This document shows, piece by piece, positions 18,906 through 28,609 of a DNA stretch of 59,562 nucleotides. Numbering within the stretch: the first letter of the stretch is position 1; each line of letters opens with the position of its first letter. The position numbers and the translations under genes are program-made. The stretch is from a virus (taxonomy: Duplodnaviria; Caudoviricetes), in IMG/VR virus record IMGVR_UViG_3300020442_001061, positions 1 through 59,562 of that record; one strand, written 5' to 3'. A model generated the notes under the pieces. The model worked only from the letters and a program-made list of their open reading frames with translations. It did not search any database and was not told where the DNA came from.

Positions 18906-19436
18906 AATTTAGACAAATTTCTAGAAAGACTAGACACTAGTATGACTATAAGGTTTAACACCAATTGCACAATTTGGAATCCGAAGATAGAAAAGTTACT
19001 AAGAAGGTTTGATAAAGTAATAATGTCACTTTCTTTAGATGCCGCCAGTGAAAAAATAAATTATATTAGATATCCTGCTGATTGGGATACCGTTAAAAAG
19101 AATGCATACAAATATGCAGACTTTTGTAGAACAGATATAGTACCAACAATAAGTATTCTAAATGCTTGTTACTATGATGAAATAAAAGATTTTGCAAAAA
19201 CACTTGATGTAAAGATTTATGAAAACTTACTTTGGCATCCTCATTGGTTGCACGTTAAAAATGCACCTTTATCTTTGAAAGAAAAATTTCAAGGAGTTGA
19301 TGAATGGAAAGAAGGCGAAGAAAATTTAGAAACTATAATGCATTTTAAAAATCAAATACAAAAATTAGATGCATGGCGTAAAATTAATATAAAGGATTAC
19401 TTACCAGAAGTAGCAGAAGCATATGGAATTAGTTAA
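18399..19436 (+). CDS. N-terminal twitch-domain radical SAM protein (tandem paralogue of 17369)
   Basis: C..GQYRLCC..CTRC, CNLKCVSC, TGGEP; shared IKDYLPEVAE end. Confidence 0.9.
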   Translation: MECKYLNNQVCVSSTGQYRLCCVSDEPTNKETVYSYTPREWHDSTVPTLARKQMSDGVWPDACTRCKLLEEKGLDSMRTLAKDFGPHGITHLDIRFGNTCNLKCVSCYHMSSHSLAEEAIAMQKAGITPLHGILEVPHFNWASDETFAQFDNLPLKEVYLTGGEPMMVKNLDKFLERLDTSMTIRFNTNCTIWNPKIEKLLRRFDKVIMSLSLDAASEKINYIRYPADWDTVKKNAYKYADFCRTDIVPTISILNACYYDEIKDFAKTLDVKIYENLLWHPHWLHVKNAPLSLKEKFQGVDEWKEGEENLETIMHFKNQIQKLDAWRKINIKDYLPEVAEAYGIS

Positions 19437-19887
19437 AGAAAATAAAGAAAAAGGCCGTGCAGTATATAAACTTGCTGACCGTTATAGAAAAGTATGGTAT
19501 GATATTGATACCAAAGCACTACAAGAGCATTTAAAAATTTTAGATACAGTAATGCCTGGTTGGGTAATTGATTACGGGTTTGAAGAAGATTATATGTGGA
19601 TAGAATACCATATAGTGCCAGGAATACCTGCAAATACTTTTGAGCATACACCAGAGTTTGTAAAAAGAATTTATGAATTTTGTATTGATAGTGTAAAACA
19701 AACAAGACCTTATGTACACTATGATTGGGTTTTGAGTAATATAATGATAGATGGTGATAACATATATTTGGTGGATTGGGATAATGTTGGCTTGTATAAA
19801 GAAAAAGAAATAATGGACAAAATGTATAGTGATTTAAGGTCCGCTTTTGGAGAGAAATTTGATGAAATGCTTCGCACCATGGCATAG
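19423..19887 (+). CDS. minimal protein-kinase-like/APH phosphotransferase
   Basis: VHYDWVLSNIM (HxDxxxxN) and LVDWD. Confidence 0.7.
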   Translation: MELVKENKEKGRAVYKLADRYRKVWYDIDTKALQEHLKILDTVMPGWVIDYGFEEDYMWIEYHIVPGIPANTFEHTPEFVKRIYEFCIDSVKQTRPYVHYDWVLSNIMIDGDNIYLVDWDNVGLYKEKEIMDKMYSDLRSAFGEKFDEMLRTMA

Positions 19888-20986
19888 TATTTTGGTACGT
19901 TTTAACGGCGATATAGTACCGGACGGAGTGTACTTAAAACGTTACGGAAACGTGCTAGAAACACCTTTAAATGACCTTTTAAACAGCAATACAGCGTCAT
20001 ACACACGTGATTCTATTCGTAGTGGAGTGTTACCGCCCGAGTGCGAACAATGTGCTTTAAAAGAAGCCTCTGTGGGTCACAGCAGACGTAAGTTTTTTGA
20101 AGACATATTGAATCCGATGCTTATAGGCAAGGATTATGACTACTCCAAAAACTTCACAGATATCTACTTTTTGGAGTTTAACATGAGCAATATATGTAAC
20201 CTAAAATGTCGTATGTGCGATGGTATCAATTCTAGTGCTTGGGTCAAGGACGATCTTAAACTTGCCAAAAATGGTAATCCTTATTTTAGAAGAATTAATG
20301 ATCCAGAGTTTGGATACACTAATAAGAGTGAACAGATTATTGAAAAACTATTTGAAGATCCTACACCATTTATGAATCTTCGTTACCTAAGTATAAAAGG
20401 CGGTGAACCTTACATGGAACCTGCAAATAAAATCATACTTAAAAAATTTATTGACTTAGGTATTGCAAAAAATGTTACCCTTGACTGGACTACTAATGGT
20501 ACTATTGTAGATGAAGAAGTCCATGAACTTGCAAAGCAATATGGACATACAAAATGGACTGTAAGTTTAGAAGGCACAGACGGTTTGTATGAATATATCA
20601 GAGGAGGTAAAAACTTTACTTTTGATCAACTTAATGAAAATTTAAAACATTACGATTTTGATAGAGTTATTATTGCTGTTACTGTAATGGCATATAATAT
20701 TTCACACTTAGGTAAAATACAAAGTTGGTATGATAAAGTTAAACTGGATCATTGGAGCATATATTTTAATAATGTTGTGGCCAAACCGCCGTACTTAAAT
20801 CCAAGAATATTGCCTAATGAAATATTACAAAGTATAGATTATAAGTTACCTAACATAAATTATACGCAAGACAAGTTTTTAGGCAAACATATTGATCTGT
20901 TTATAAACTATACTAAAGATTTAGATAATATTAGAAATACTAATGTTATAGATTACTGCCCTGAACTTAAACAGTTGTTTGTATAG
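19862..20986 (+). CDS. N-terminal (degenerate) twitch-domain radical SAM protein
   Basis: Start at 19862 (MKCFAPW) by analogy with paralogues; CEQC, CNLKCRMC, GGEP, TTNG. Confidence 0.88.
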   Translation: MKCFAPWHSILVRFNGDIVPDGVYLKRYGNVLETPLNDLLNSNTASYTRDSIRSGVLPPECEQCALKEASVGHSRRKFFEDILNPMLIGKDYDYSKNFTDIYFLEFNMSNICNLKCRMCDGINSSAWVKDDLKLAKNGNPYFRRINDPEFGYTNKSEQIIEKLFEDPTPFMNLRYLSIKGGEPYMEPANKIILKKFIDLGIAKNVTLDWTTNGTIVDEEVHELAKQYGHTKWTVSLEGTDGLYEYIRGGKNFTFDQLNENLKHYDFDRVIIAVTVMAYNISHLGKIQSWYDKVKLDHWSIYFNNVVAKPPYLNPRILPNEILQSIDYKLPNINYTQDKFLGKHIDLFINYTKDLDNIRNTNVIDYCPELKQLFV

Positions 20987-21509
20987 GATCAAGAGCAATA
21001 TAATGAAAGTTCATATCACGTGGACTATCAATTACCCACTTAACTAATTTGCCTGCTTCTTCTAAACTAATTTTATTTTTATTATCACGTTGTTCTTGTG
21101 TTTTTGATTTCAACTGACCAAACGCAATATTGCTTACTCTAATAGGTGTATTCCCCCAACAAGCAATTTGAGATTTTTGTTTGCTTATGTAATCTAACTG
21201 TTTTTTATTTTTTAGATAATCTTCAGGTCCGTTATTCCAATATGCACTAGTACTGCTAATATTTACAATGTGGCCTTCTTCAAACTTATCATAAACAGCA
21301 TTAAACAATTCAACTTGTTCGCCATTAGGTCCGTATTGACTGTTTACAAACACGTCAAAGTCTTTTGCATAGTTGGCAACCTTTTCAAAATCTCCTAGGT
21401 CCCAATCATTCCAACGACCAATAAATTCTACAAAATTATGATTATATGCTTCATATATACCTTTGCACAAACCCTTATAGTTTGGATTGCCAGTTACAAG
21501 TATTCTCAT
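20967..21509 (-). CDS. short SDR-like NAD(P)-binding oxidoreductase
   Basis: MRILVTG start at an ATGA overlap; DVFVNS, NISS, YxxxK (YLKNK). Confidence 0.7.
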   Translation of the reverse strand: MRILVTGNPNYKGLCKGIYEAYNHNFVEFIGRWNDWDLGDFEKVANYAKDFDVFVNSQYGPNGEQVELFNAVYDKFEEGHIVNISSTSAYWNNGPEDYLKNKKQLDYISKQKSQIACWGNTPIRVSNIAFGQLKSKTQEQRDNKNKISLEEAGKLVKWVIDSPRDMNFHYIALDPIQTTV

Positions 21510-22405
21510 TTTTCTTTCCTTATGTATATGTCGCTTAAACAACTACATACACTCTTACCGCACACAATTTCTTTTGTAGGTAATTTGTACCTTTCTAGAT
21601 TGCCTAATGCACCACCATATTGACAATCTGCTCTGTATAAGTTACCCCACATATCTATATTTACACCATCTATACCTGCCCAACATTTCCAACCCATAAA
21701 ATAGTTTTCACGTTGTAATATTAAATCATGACCTTCATACTCTTTGCCGTCAAGTAACATTGTACCTCTGTGTAAATTATCAAAATTTAATTCTCGTTCC
21801 CATTTCCAATTAGCGATTATTTCTTTTTGTTCATCAGTATAATCTAAAGGTTTGTTTGTAGTAAAATCTCCACTTGTTTTGTCTACAATTACTTTTGGTT
21901 CAACTGTAATATTAGAACTTCCATTATACAAATGTTCTGCTACTTTACATAAGTTGTCGAATTTTTCTGGTACAAGCATTAAGTTAACTACAATAGGACA
22001 TTTACTGTTATTAGCAATATCAATAAAGTGATCAATAACAGCATACGCAGGATGATATGTAATTAAAATACCATCTGTATAATTACTAATCTCTTTAAAA
22101 TAATCTACACTTTGACTTCCGTTAGTAACAAAACTAAAATAATGTCCTTGCTGTTTTACAAGTTTAGCAAGATCTAAAAAGTGTTTCCAGTACGTAGGTT
22201 CTCCACCACTAACCCTATAACACATAGTTTTGTCTACTTTTAAATTTTCAACAAAGTTTTTTACAGTTTCCCATTTAGGTTGTCCTGTGCTTCCGTTGTG
22301 CAAAATATCTGGGCAATACTGACAGCGATAGTTACACTTGTTAGATAAAGTCCAACTAACAAGAAACCAATCCTTTTTTGTAATGTCCTTGTATTCTAGT
22401 TTCAC
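21506..22405 (-). CDS. radical SAM protein with C-terminal Cys cluster
   Basis: CNYRCQYC, SGGEP, VTNG; GWKCWAG..C..CGKSVCSC. Confidence 0.9.
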   Translation of the reverse strand: MKLEYKDITKKDWFLVSWTLSNKCNYRCQYCPDILHNGSTGQPKWETVKNFVENLKVDKTMCYRVSGGEPTYWKHFLDLAKLVKQQGHYFSFVTNGSQSVDYFKEISNYTDGILITYHPAYAVIDHFIDIANNSKCPIVVNLMLVPEKFDNLCKVAEHLYNGSSNITVEPKVIVDKTSGDFTTNKPLDYTDEQKEIIANWKWERELNFDNLHRGTMLLDGKEYEGHDLILQRENYFMGWKCWAGIDGVNIDMWGNLYRADCQYGGALGNLERYKLPTKEIVCGKSVCSCLSDIYIRKEK

Positions 22406-23088
22406 AGTTTACCAAATCCCCATTCTCTTTCTTGGCACCACCAACACTTACCACAATGCTTGTCGCCTACGTCTCCATACATTTTGTCTCTTGAATAATA
22501 TTCACAACTGTAAGTTAAAGGAAACAAACTTTCCATTAAGTCGTGCTCTTTGTATAATTTTCCTAAACCTTGCTTATCTATTAAGGACCAAGGTGTATAT
22601 ATCCAAGGGTATCCTTCATCAGTTGCATCATACAAACTATCCTCTGGATTAGGAGCATCTCTATTAGGATCTTTTGTGCAACCGTATTCATCTGTAAATG
22701 TATCTAAAACTTCCTTAGGAGGATTTTTAGTTACACCTGTCATTAGAACATTAATGTTAACACCCACTTGTTTTACCATATCTGCTAATACTTCTGGACC
22801 ATCTGGTTTGTCACCTTTCATATGTATAATATGCAACTGTACATTATGATTTCCTGTAAGTTCTACACACTTGTTTACTACTTTTGTAACTGCTACTGTA
22901 TTTTTTAAATCTAAAGGATTGTTAGCAAGATCAAATACGTGTATAGGATCTTTTCCTGTATAATTTTTAAGGACAAAATATAACATTAAAGAACTGTCAG
23001 CACCGCCACTGCATAGCAATCCTAATGGTCCTTTGTATAAATTAAAGTTTATTCCTTCAGATAAAGTTACAGTTTTTAATACTTCCAT
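22402..23088 (-). CDS. QueC-like PP-loop ATPase
   Basis: SGGADSS PP-loop; TYSC...HCGKCWWCQER Zn site as in QueC. Orthology to true queC is uncertain. Confidence 0.7.
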   Translation of the reverse strand: MEVLKTVTLSEGINFNLYKGPLGLLCSGGADSSLMLYFVLKNYTGKDPIHVFDLANNPLDLKNTVAVTKVVNKCVELTGNHNVQLHIIHMKGDKPDGPEVLADMVKQVGVNINVLMTGVTKNPPKEVLDTFTDEYGCTKDPNRDAPNPEDSLYDATDEGYPWIYTPWSLIDKQGLGKLYKEHDLMESLFPLTYSCEYYSRDKMYGDVGDKHCGKCWWCQEREWGFGKL

Positions 23089-23603
23089 TTTTTAAATCCT
23101 CCATCAATAGTCATTGATGTTATATCATTATTTTCTATAATGTACATAATTTTATCTGCAACAACTTTTGGATCTAGTTTATCTTCAACAAAATTTTCTG
23201 ACAGTGGAGTGTCCATCCAACCTATTTTGACATTTACTACTCTACAGTTTTTTTCTATGTGTTGCAATCTCATACAAGCCTCGTCTAATGCTTTCTTATG
23301 TATAGGATAGAATCCCATTTGATAATTTATATGCTTTATTTCTGAAGCAGTACTGCTGATATTAATAATTGTTTTATCTTCTTTAATCCATTTTAAAAAA
23401 ACTTTTTCTAGCATATTAACTTGATGAAATCCGTCATACGCATTATTGATAAAAACGTCACAACTTAATAATGCTTCAATCCAAGGATCAGGATTTTTAA
23501 TATCATGATGACTACCTATATCAAATCCTATACTGTCTGGTATACGACTGTAGAGTTCTTTACCTAATCCTGATAGATGTCCTGTTATTCCTACTTTGCC
23601 CAT
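23076..23603 (-). CDS. short SDR-like oxidoreductase
   Basis: ITGHLSGLG, FINNA, NISS, YPIHK. Confidence 0.75.
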   Translation of the reverse strand: MGKVGITGHLSGLGKELYSRIPDSIGFDIGSHHDIKNPDPWIEALLSCDVFINNAYDGFHQVNMLEKVFLKWIKEDKTIINISSTASEIKHINYQMGFYPIHKKALDEACMRLQHIEKNCRVVNVKIGWMDTPLSENFVEDKLDPKVVADKIMYIIENNDITSMTIDGGFKKWKY

Positions 23604-24709
23604 AACTCCTCCAATCCTTTTAATGTGTCTGGTATAGCATCAAAATATTCTTGATCTGCATTTATAGGTAATATAAATCTAAAGTGATTACCATTCTTAA
23701 ACAATATAAATGTTATTCCGTAGTTTCCTACAATATGCCAACCTTCTCGTATAAAGTGTTCACGAGCAAGTGCAATAATATTATCTACATTATCCATATA
23801 ATTATATTGCTCTAACACATTGAGATATTCTAACATACTTAACACACCTGACAAACAAAAACTATATGTATGACCATGTACCCAATTCATGTCTTTTAAA
23901 TGTTCATGTAATTTTTCACTATACATAGCAATTGACAACGGAAAAAATCCTCCTGTGATTGCTTTACCCATTACAAATAAATCAGGATTAATAGGAAGTT
24001 TACTGAATCCAAAAAATTCTCCAGTCTTACCACCACCCATAAAGATATCATCAATAATAACTAATACACCATGCTCTGCTTGTATTTTGTTAATCTTATT
24101 CCAAACATCAAACCCATAAGGTTTAATATCTTTGTTGTGCGGACAAGTTTCTATTATGATACAAGCAACGTCATTCCAATCTATGTCTTTATCTAAATTA
24201 TTACGTGATAACTTAATAACATCTTGATAGGGGTTCATACCATAGTATGCCCCTTCTAAATCTTTATCACCACAACTTAAACTTAACAATGTCATTCCAT
24301 GGTATCCGTCATCAAATGAAACTATTTTATTTCTTTTATTTCCTATCTTTTGATGATATGCAAACGCCATTTTGATTGCAACTTCTACACCATCGCTACC
24401 TGATAGTGCAAATACAGGCCTATATCCGTTGCTCATTTTATAAAGCCTGTCTGCTAGTTCTATATGAGGTGTATTTAAAGTAGGTTCAAAACTTAAAAAT
24501 AAACCGTCTGCTACTTCCGGCTTAAAAGTTTTAAGTCTTTCGCAAACTTTATCTATAATGCCGTGATCATCATAACCTAGGCTAAATGCAGAATAATGTA
24601 AAAGTGTATCAATAACTTTTACTCCATTTCTTATAGTTCCAAACTTCCAATGCTCTGTATCAATATGAACATCTTTTTGTTGACCTAATATTAATCCTTT
24701 ATACTTCAT
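23591..24709 (-). CDS. class III PLP-dependent aminotransferase
   Basis: SGSDGVE, GYHG, IIDDIFMGGGKTG, PDLFVMGKAITGG and HGHTY. Confidence 0.85.
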   Translation of the reverse strand: MKYKGLILGQQKDVHIDTEHWKFGTIRNGVKVIDTLLHYSAFSLGYDDHGIIDKVCERLKTFKPEVADGLFLSFEPTLNTPHIELADRLYKMSNGYRPVFALSGSDGVEVAIKMAFAYHQKIGNKRNKIVSFDDGYHGMTLLSLSCGDKDLEGAYYGMNPYQDVIKLSRNNLDKDIDWNDVACIIIETCPHNKDIKPYGFDVWNKINKIQAEHGVLVIIDDIFMGGGKTGEFFGFSKLPINPDLFVMGKAITGGFFPLSIAMYSEKLHEHLKDMNWVHGHTYSFCLSGVLSMLEYLNVLEQYNYMDNVDNIIALAREHFIREGWHIVGNYGITFILFKNGNHFRFILPINADQEYFDAIPDTLKGLEELWAK

Positions 24710-26010
24710 TATATAAATTCTCCAATCTCCGGAAAAGTTTTTCTAAAATTTGTACCTCTTGACTTATCAAGTGTTTCTAAATAATTTATTGTCTGCGGCA
24801 ACTTACTTGTCCAATCTTCTCCCATCATATATTTTATTAATCCTTCCCAACGTGGTTTACCCATAGGATGTTTTAACCACTCAGTATTAAATTTTTGCTG
24901 ATCAATAAAACGTTCTATTCTATTTTTTGTTAACTCTTTTAATTCTTGTGGCATAACTCTAACGTTTAGATAACTTGGAAAGTAAACAAGATGCGTACTA
25001 ATTAATCCACCGCCAAATGGTAATACATTTACTTTACTAAATCCTTGACTAGACTTCCAAGATGCTAGTTCATTTATGTAAGGTAAGTTTAGTAACTGTA
25101 CTGCCGCCGCTATGTTTATTACTATGTTATTGCCTGACCTGTCTAGTATTTTTAAATGTTTTGCAATAGTATTCCATTCACTCGGATATCTAATATAATC
25201 ATTTTTATCTCCGTATGCATCAATACTAAAATTAAATGTAACTTCTTTAAATTTGGACCAAAGCACAAATAGTTTTTCATTTAATTCAGTACCATTTGAA
25301 TTATAACGTAGGCAACAATCTTTTGCATAACCTTCATCAACCATAAACTGTAATATGTTATAATGCTCAGGAATCATTAAAGGCTCACCACCTGCAAAAT
25401 ACAATTCTTTTATATGTTGTGCTTGGTCTTTCATTGATTCTAAGAAACTACCTTTCTTATACCAAGTGTAGTCAAAATTTTCATTCCAACTTTGATCCCT
25501 TTTTAAATCTTCATTAGTATATTTAGGATATATCAATTTCCATTCTTTTATCCAACTTGAACTGTCGTGCGGTGAACACATTACACACTTTAAATTACAT
25601 ACATTTCCTAACCTTAAATCAAAATAAGGAATATTGACAGGTAATGAACCATCATCTTTTGTTTGCTCTACAATAGTGTCAATATCCAAACGTTCTTTCC
25701 ATACTTCTGTTTCCCAATTACGTTTGCTTATAATTCCTTTTGACTCTTCATGAAAACATTTACGACAACTTGCAGGTATTTCACCATTCAACATTTGCAG
25801 TCTAGTTCTTCTCATATGTTCGCTATTCCATACCTGTTCAATAGTATGATCACGTAGGTTCATTGCAACACCATCTTGCTTTACTAATCCTGCTGTTTTA
25901 TCATCTTCTTCACCTGCACCACTGGCATTAGCAGTACAACACACTCTAACATCGCCGTTAGGTCTTGTTGCTAAATGTATCCACGGTAAAGGGCAAAATG
26001 TTTTACTCAT
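24709..26010 (-). CDS. N-terminal twitch-domain radical SAM protein
   Basis: CPLPW..GDVRVCC..CRKC, CNLKCVMC, AGGEP, NSNG, TFPE end. Confidence 0.9.
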   Translation of the reverse strand: MSKTFCPLPWIHLATRPNGDVRVCCTANASGAGEEDDKTAGLVKQDGVAMNLRDHTIEQVWNSEHMRRTRLQMLNGEIPASCRKCFHEESKGIISKRNWETEVWKERLDIDTIVEQTKDDGSLPVNIPYFDLRLGNVCNLKCVMCSPHDSSSWIKEWKLIYPKYTNEDLKRDQSWNENFDYTWYKKGSFLESMKDQAQHIKELYFAGGEPLMIPEHYNILQFMVDEGYAKDCCLRYNSNGTELNEKLFVLWSKFKEVTFNFSIDAYGDKNDYIRYPSEWNTIAKHLKILDRSGNNIVINIAAAVQLLNLPYINELASWKSSQGFSKVNVLPFGGGLISTHLVYFPSYLNVRVMPQELKELTKNRIERFIDQQKFNTEWLKHPMGKPRWEGLIKYMMGEDWTSKLPQTINYLETLDKSRGTNFRKTFPEIGEFI

Positions 26011-26384
26011 ATTGTAAGTTCCGTAAAGCCTTTCTCTCTATCTAAATACTTAAATTCAACTTTTGTTGGTTTTAGTTCTTGAAGTAAGTCTAAAACACTC
26101 TGTGGTTCAAATGGTCCACACGTATAAACATCAAGTTGTACTAGTGCAGGGTTTGTTTCGTCCCATATATGCATGGCTATATGACTAGTTTCTATTATTG
26201 CAAAAGCAGTTAATCCTTTGTTACCTGGCATTTTAGAATAAGATGCAACAGGACCATACATTGCCTTCATTCCTATTGCTTTGATCATTCTTCTAAGGAA
26301 TTTAACACTTTTAGTTTTATTAATGATAGGTTCTAAAACCTCTGCTCTAATAATAATATGTTTGTGTACAAGAACTTTATTCAT
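26007..26384 (-). CDS. speD: S-adenosylmethionine decarboxylase proenzyme
   Basis: GLTAFAIIETSHIAMHIW (pyruvoyl-forming Ser) and LDVYTCG; start MNKVLVHKH at 26384. Confidence 0.85.
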   Translation of the reverse strand: MNKVLVHKHIIIRAEVLEPIINKTKSVKFLRRMIKAIGMKAMYGPVASYSKMPGNKGLTAFAIIETSHIAMHIWDETNPALVQLDVYTCGPFEPQSVLDLLQELKPTKVEFKYLDREKGFTELTI

Positions 26385-27378
26385 ATTCTTTTTTCTCCAC
26401 AAACTGCTCATTCAGTTTATCAAAACTTCCACATTGTTTTGCACATTCTTTAAGTCCTGTGCTTGTCCAACAGCCTTTAATCTTGTTAAAATATCCGCTA
26501 TCAAATATTTCAACAAACGACTGCTTATATAAATTAGGATATATTTTAATTTTTGTCATATAATCAATACGAGAATCAGACAATGTAGGTAGCCATTCTA
26601 AATCTAACCAACAACACGGAGCAACATTGCCATTAGCACTTACATATAGTTGAGTATCTTTTACTGCTTTACAAGTTATCTTTGGCATAAATTCGTTTTG
26701 AGCCTTTTTTGCTGGTGCTATCATTTCTAAACTTTTATTTGATGGATATAATGTATGAGTGATGTTATAATCGTCATCTATTACGTCAAACTTTCCTTGT
26801 TTAAATCTTGTTGTGTGTTTAAAATTAAAACCTTTGAATCCCATATCTCTACTTAATTGCTCACAACTTTCAAGTTGATGTTGATTATGCTGAAACACTA
26901 ACATATCCCAACGTGCATCTCCTCCTGCTTCAATATATGTTTTTGCATTTTTCATTACGGTATTAAAATTAGTTGAAATTCTATACAAGGCATGGGTATC
27001 TTCTAATCCATCAATTCCAAATACTACTTTAACTTTCAAAGTAGCAAGTTCTTTCCACCAAGATTCTAATCTTGCACTTCCGTTTGTGTGCATTTGTAAA
27101 GTCATATGTGGATTAGTTTCACGTAAATATCTAAAAATTTCTAATGTGTCTTTAGCAATAATAGGATCTCCTAGATTACCACACATATTAAGATGATGTA
27201 GTTGTTTTACAAAATCACTTGGGAACCAATTTACAAAAGTTTCTAAACTTATCTCTGTTAAATCATATCCTTCAAGTAAAGGACCGCCATGAATTCTACG
27301 TGGACACATTGGACAACGTGCTTGACATTTAGTAGTTACTTCTAAATGTATAGATTTTATATCAGTTATATTATACAT
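26377..27378 (-). CDS. radical SAM protein with C-terminal SPASM/twitch domain (paralogue of 16402)
   Basis: CQARCPMC, CGNLGDP, HTNG, GIDGLEDT, GNVAPCC..CAKQC. Confidence 0.9.
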   Translation of the reverse strand: MYNITDIKSIHLEVTTKCQARCPMCPRRIHGGPLLEGYDLTEISLETFVNWFPSDFVKQLHHLNMCGNLGDPIIAKDTLEIFRYLRETNPHMTLQMHTNGSARLESWWKELATLKVKVVFGIDGLEDTHALYRISTNFNTVMKNAKTYIEAGGDARWDMLVFQHNQHQLESCEQLSRDMGFKGFNFKHTTRFKQGKFDVIDDDYNITHTLYPSNKSLEMIAPAKKAQNEFMPKITCKAVKDTQLYVSANGNVAPCCWLDLEWLPTLSDSRIDYMTKIKIYPNLYKQSFVEIFDSGYFNKIKGCWTSTGLKECAKQCGSFDKLNEQFVEKKEYE

Positions 27379-27998
27379 TACTTCTGATTAAACCTTTCTT
27401 GTGTTGCTAATATAGTATCTTGGTTAACATCTACATTTACAACAAGCCAATAACTATCTGTAAAACTATTATTAAACAAATAGTGCATTCTTAAAGTATC
27501 AATAAAATATAACCTACCTATTTCCCAATGTAATATTTTGTCTTCTAATACAAAATTAAATTGTGGTGGATTTACATTACGCAAAGGCATAATTAATCTA
27601 AAAACATCTGTTGGTTCGCCTGTATAATTCCAATCGCGATGTGGTGGAAAGAATCCACCTGGACCAAATTTTAAAAAGTGTGTTCTAAAATAATGTCCTT
27701 GCCAAGGTTTAAGTATTTCAGCAATCTGATCATTAAGCACAGGAGTAGGCTTGTTAAAATCTTTTTCCGCGTATTCTGTGCCATGCTCTTTATTGTATTC
27801 ATACAGGCTGTCTAAGTCAATACCATTAAACGTACCGTCTGAACTTGTAACACTTAATCCCCAACGGTTAACATCTTTGCGTGGATTATATTTCTGCCAT
27901 TCAAAAGTATCTATCCAATTAATAAGTTGATTAGGATCAGTAGTAACTTCTAACTCTATTTGTTTGCCAAACTGTGATAATTTATTATACTGATCCAT
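27378..27998 (-). CDS. aspartyl/asparaginyl beta-hydroxylase-like oxygenase
   Basis: GPGGFFPPHRD, RLIMPL and HYLFN. Confidence 0.7.
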   Translation of the reverse strand: MDQYNKLSQFGKQIELEVTTDPNQLINWIDTFEWQKYNPRKDVNRWGLSVTSSDGTFNGIDLDSLYEYNKEHGTEYAEKDFNKPTPVLNDQIAEILKPWQGHYFRTHFLKFGPGGFFPPHRDWNYTGEPTDVFRLIMPLRNVNPPQFNFVLEDKILHWEIGRLYFIDTLRMHYLFNNSFTDSYWLVVNVDVNQDTILATQERFNQK

Positions 27999-28609
27999 TA
28001 TTTTAATCCTATTATCATAAATCTTTTATATTTAGGTAATTCTAACTCTCCTGCATATTCTATTGTAGTTAAATTACTTTTACGTTTAAATTCATCTATA
28101 CTTGCAACACAATTAATATGTTCTTTATGCTCATAGTAATTATTACTTTGTAACACAATTTTGGTGTTTTTAGGTATGTTGTTGAACCACTTCCTATATT
28201 GTTCATCAGTTAAATGTTCACAACTTGTATTGATTACAGCATAAGGATTGCTCATACCTAAATAATCGTATTCGCACATATCCATAGTTTCTGCAAAAAA
28301 CTTACCATCCATTTCATAACGTTTGTTCATGCTACGTGCAAGTTCCTCACATTTAGGATCTATATCTACACTTACAAGTTTGCGTATTCCTAATTCACTG
28401 TTTAAAAGCATTGTAGATAAAATACCAAACCAGCCTCCAAATATAATAATATCTGCATTTTTAATCTTGGCCTTTTTGTTTAGTTTTTCAACTAACCATT
28501 CCTTAGACTGTAATTGTCCTCCCCAGAAACATTCTAGTAATCTGTCTCTATCATCGGTGCTTCTAATACCATCCATCCAGAACTTAATATCTTGAATATC
28601 TATTTTCAT
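27998..28609 (-). CDS. class I SAM-dependent transferase-like protein
   Basis: IIIFGGWFG motif I, VSVDID motif II, INTSCEH. Confidence 0.65.
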   Translation of the reverse strand: MKIDIQDIKFWMDGIRSTDDRDRLLECFWGGQLQSKEWLVEKLNKKAKIKNADIIIFGGWFGILSTMLLNSELGIRKLVSVDIDPKCEELARSMNKRYEMDGKFFAETMDMCEYDYLGMSNPYAVINTSCEHLTDEQYRKWFNNIPKNTKIVLQSNNYYEHKEHINCVASIDEFKRKSNLTTIEYAGELELPKYKRFMIIGLK

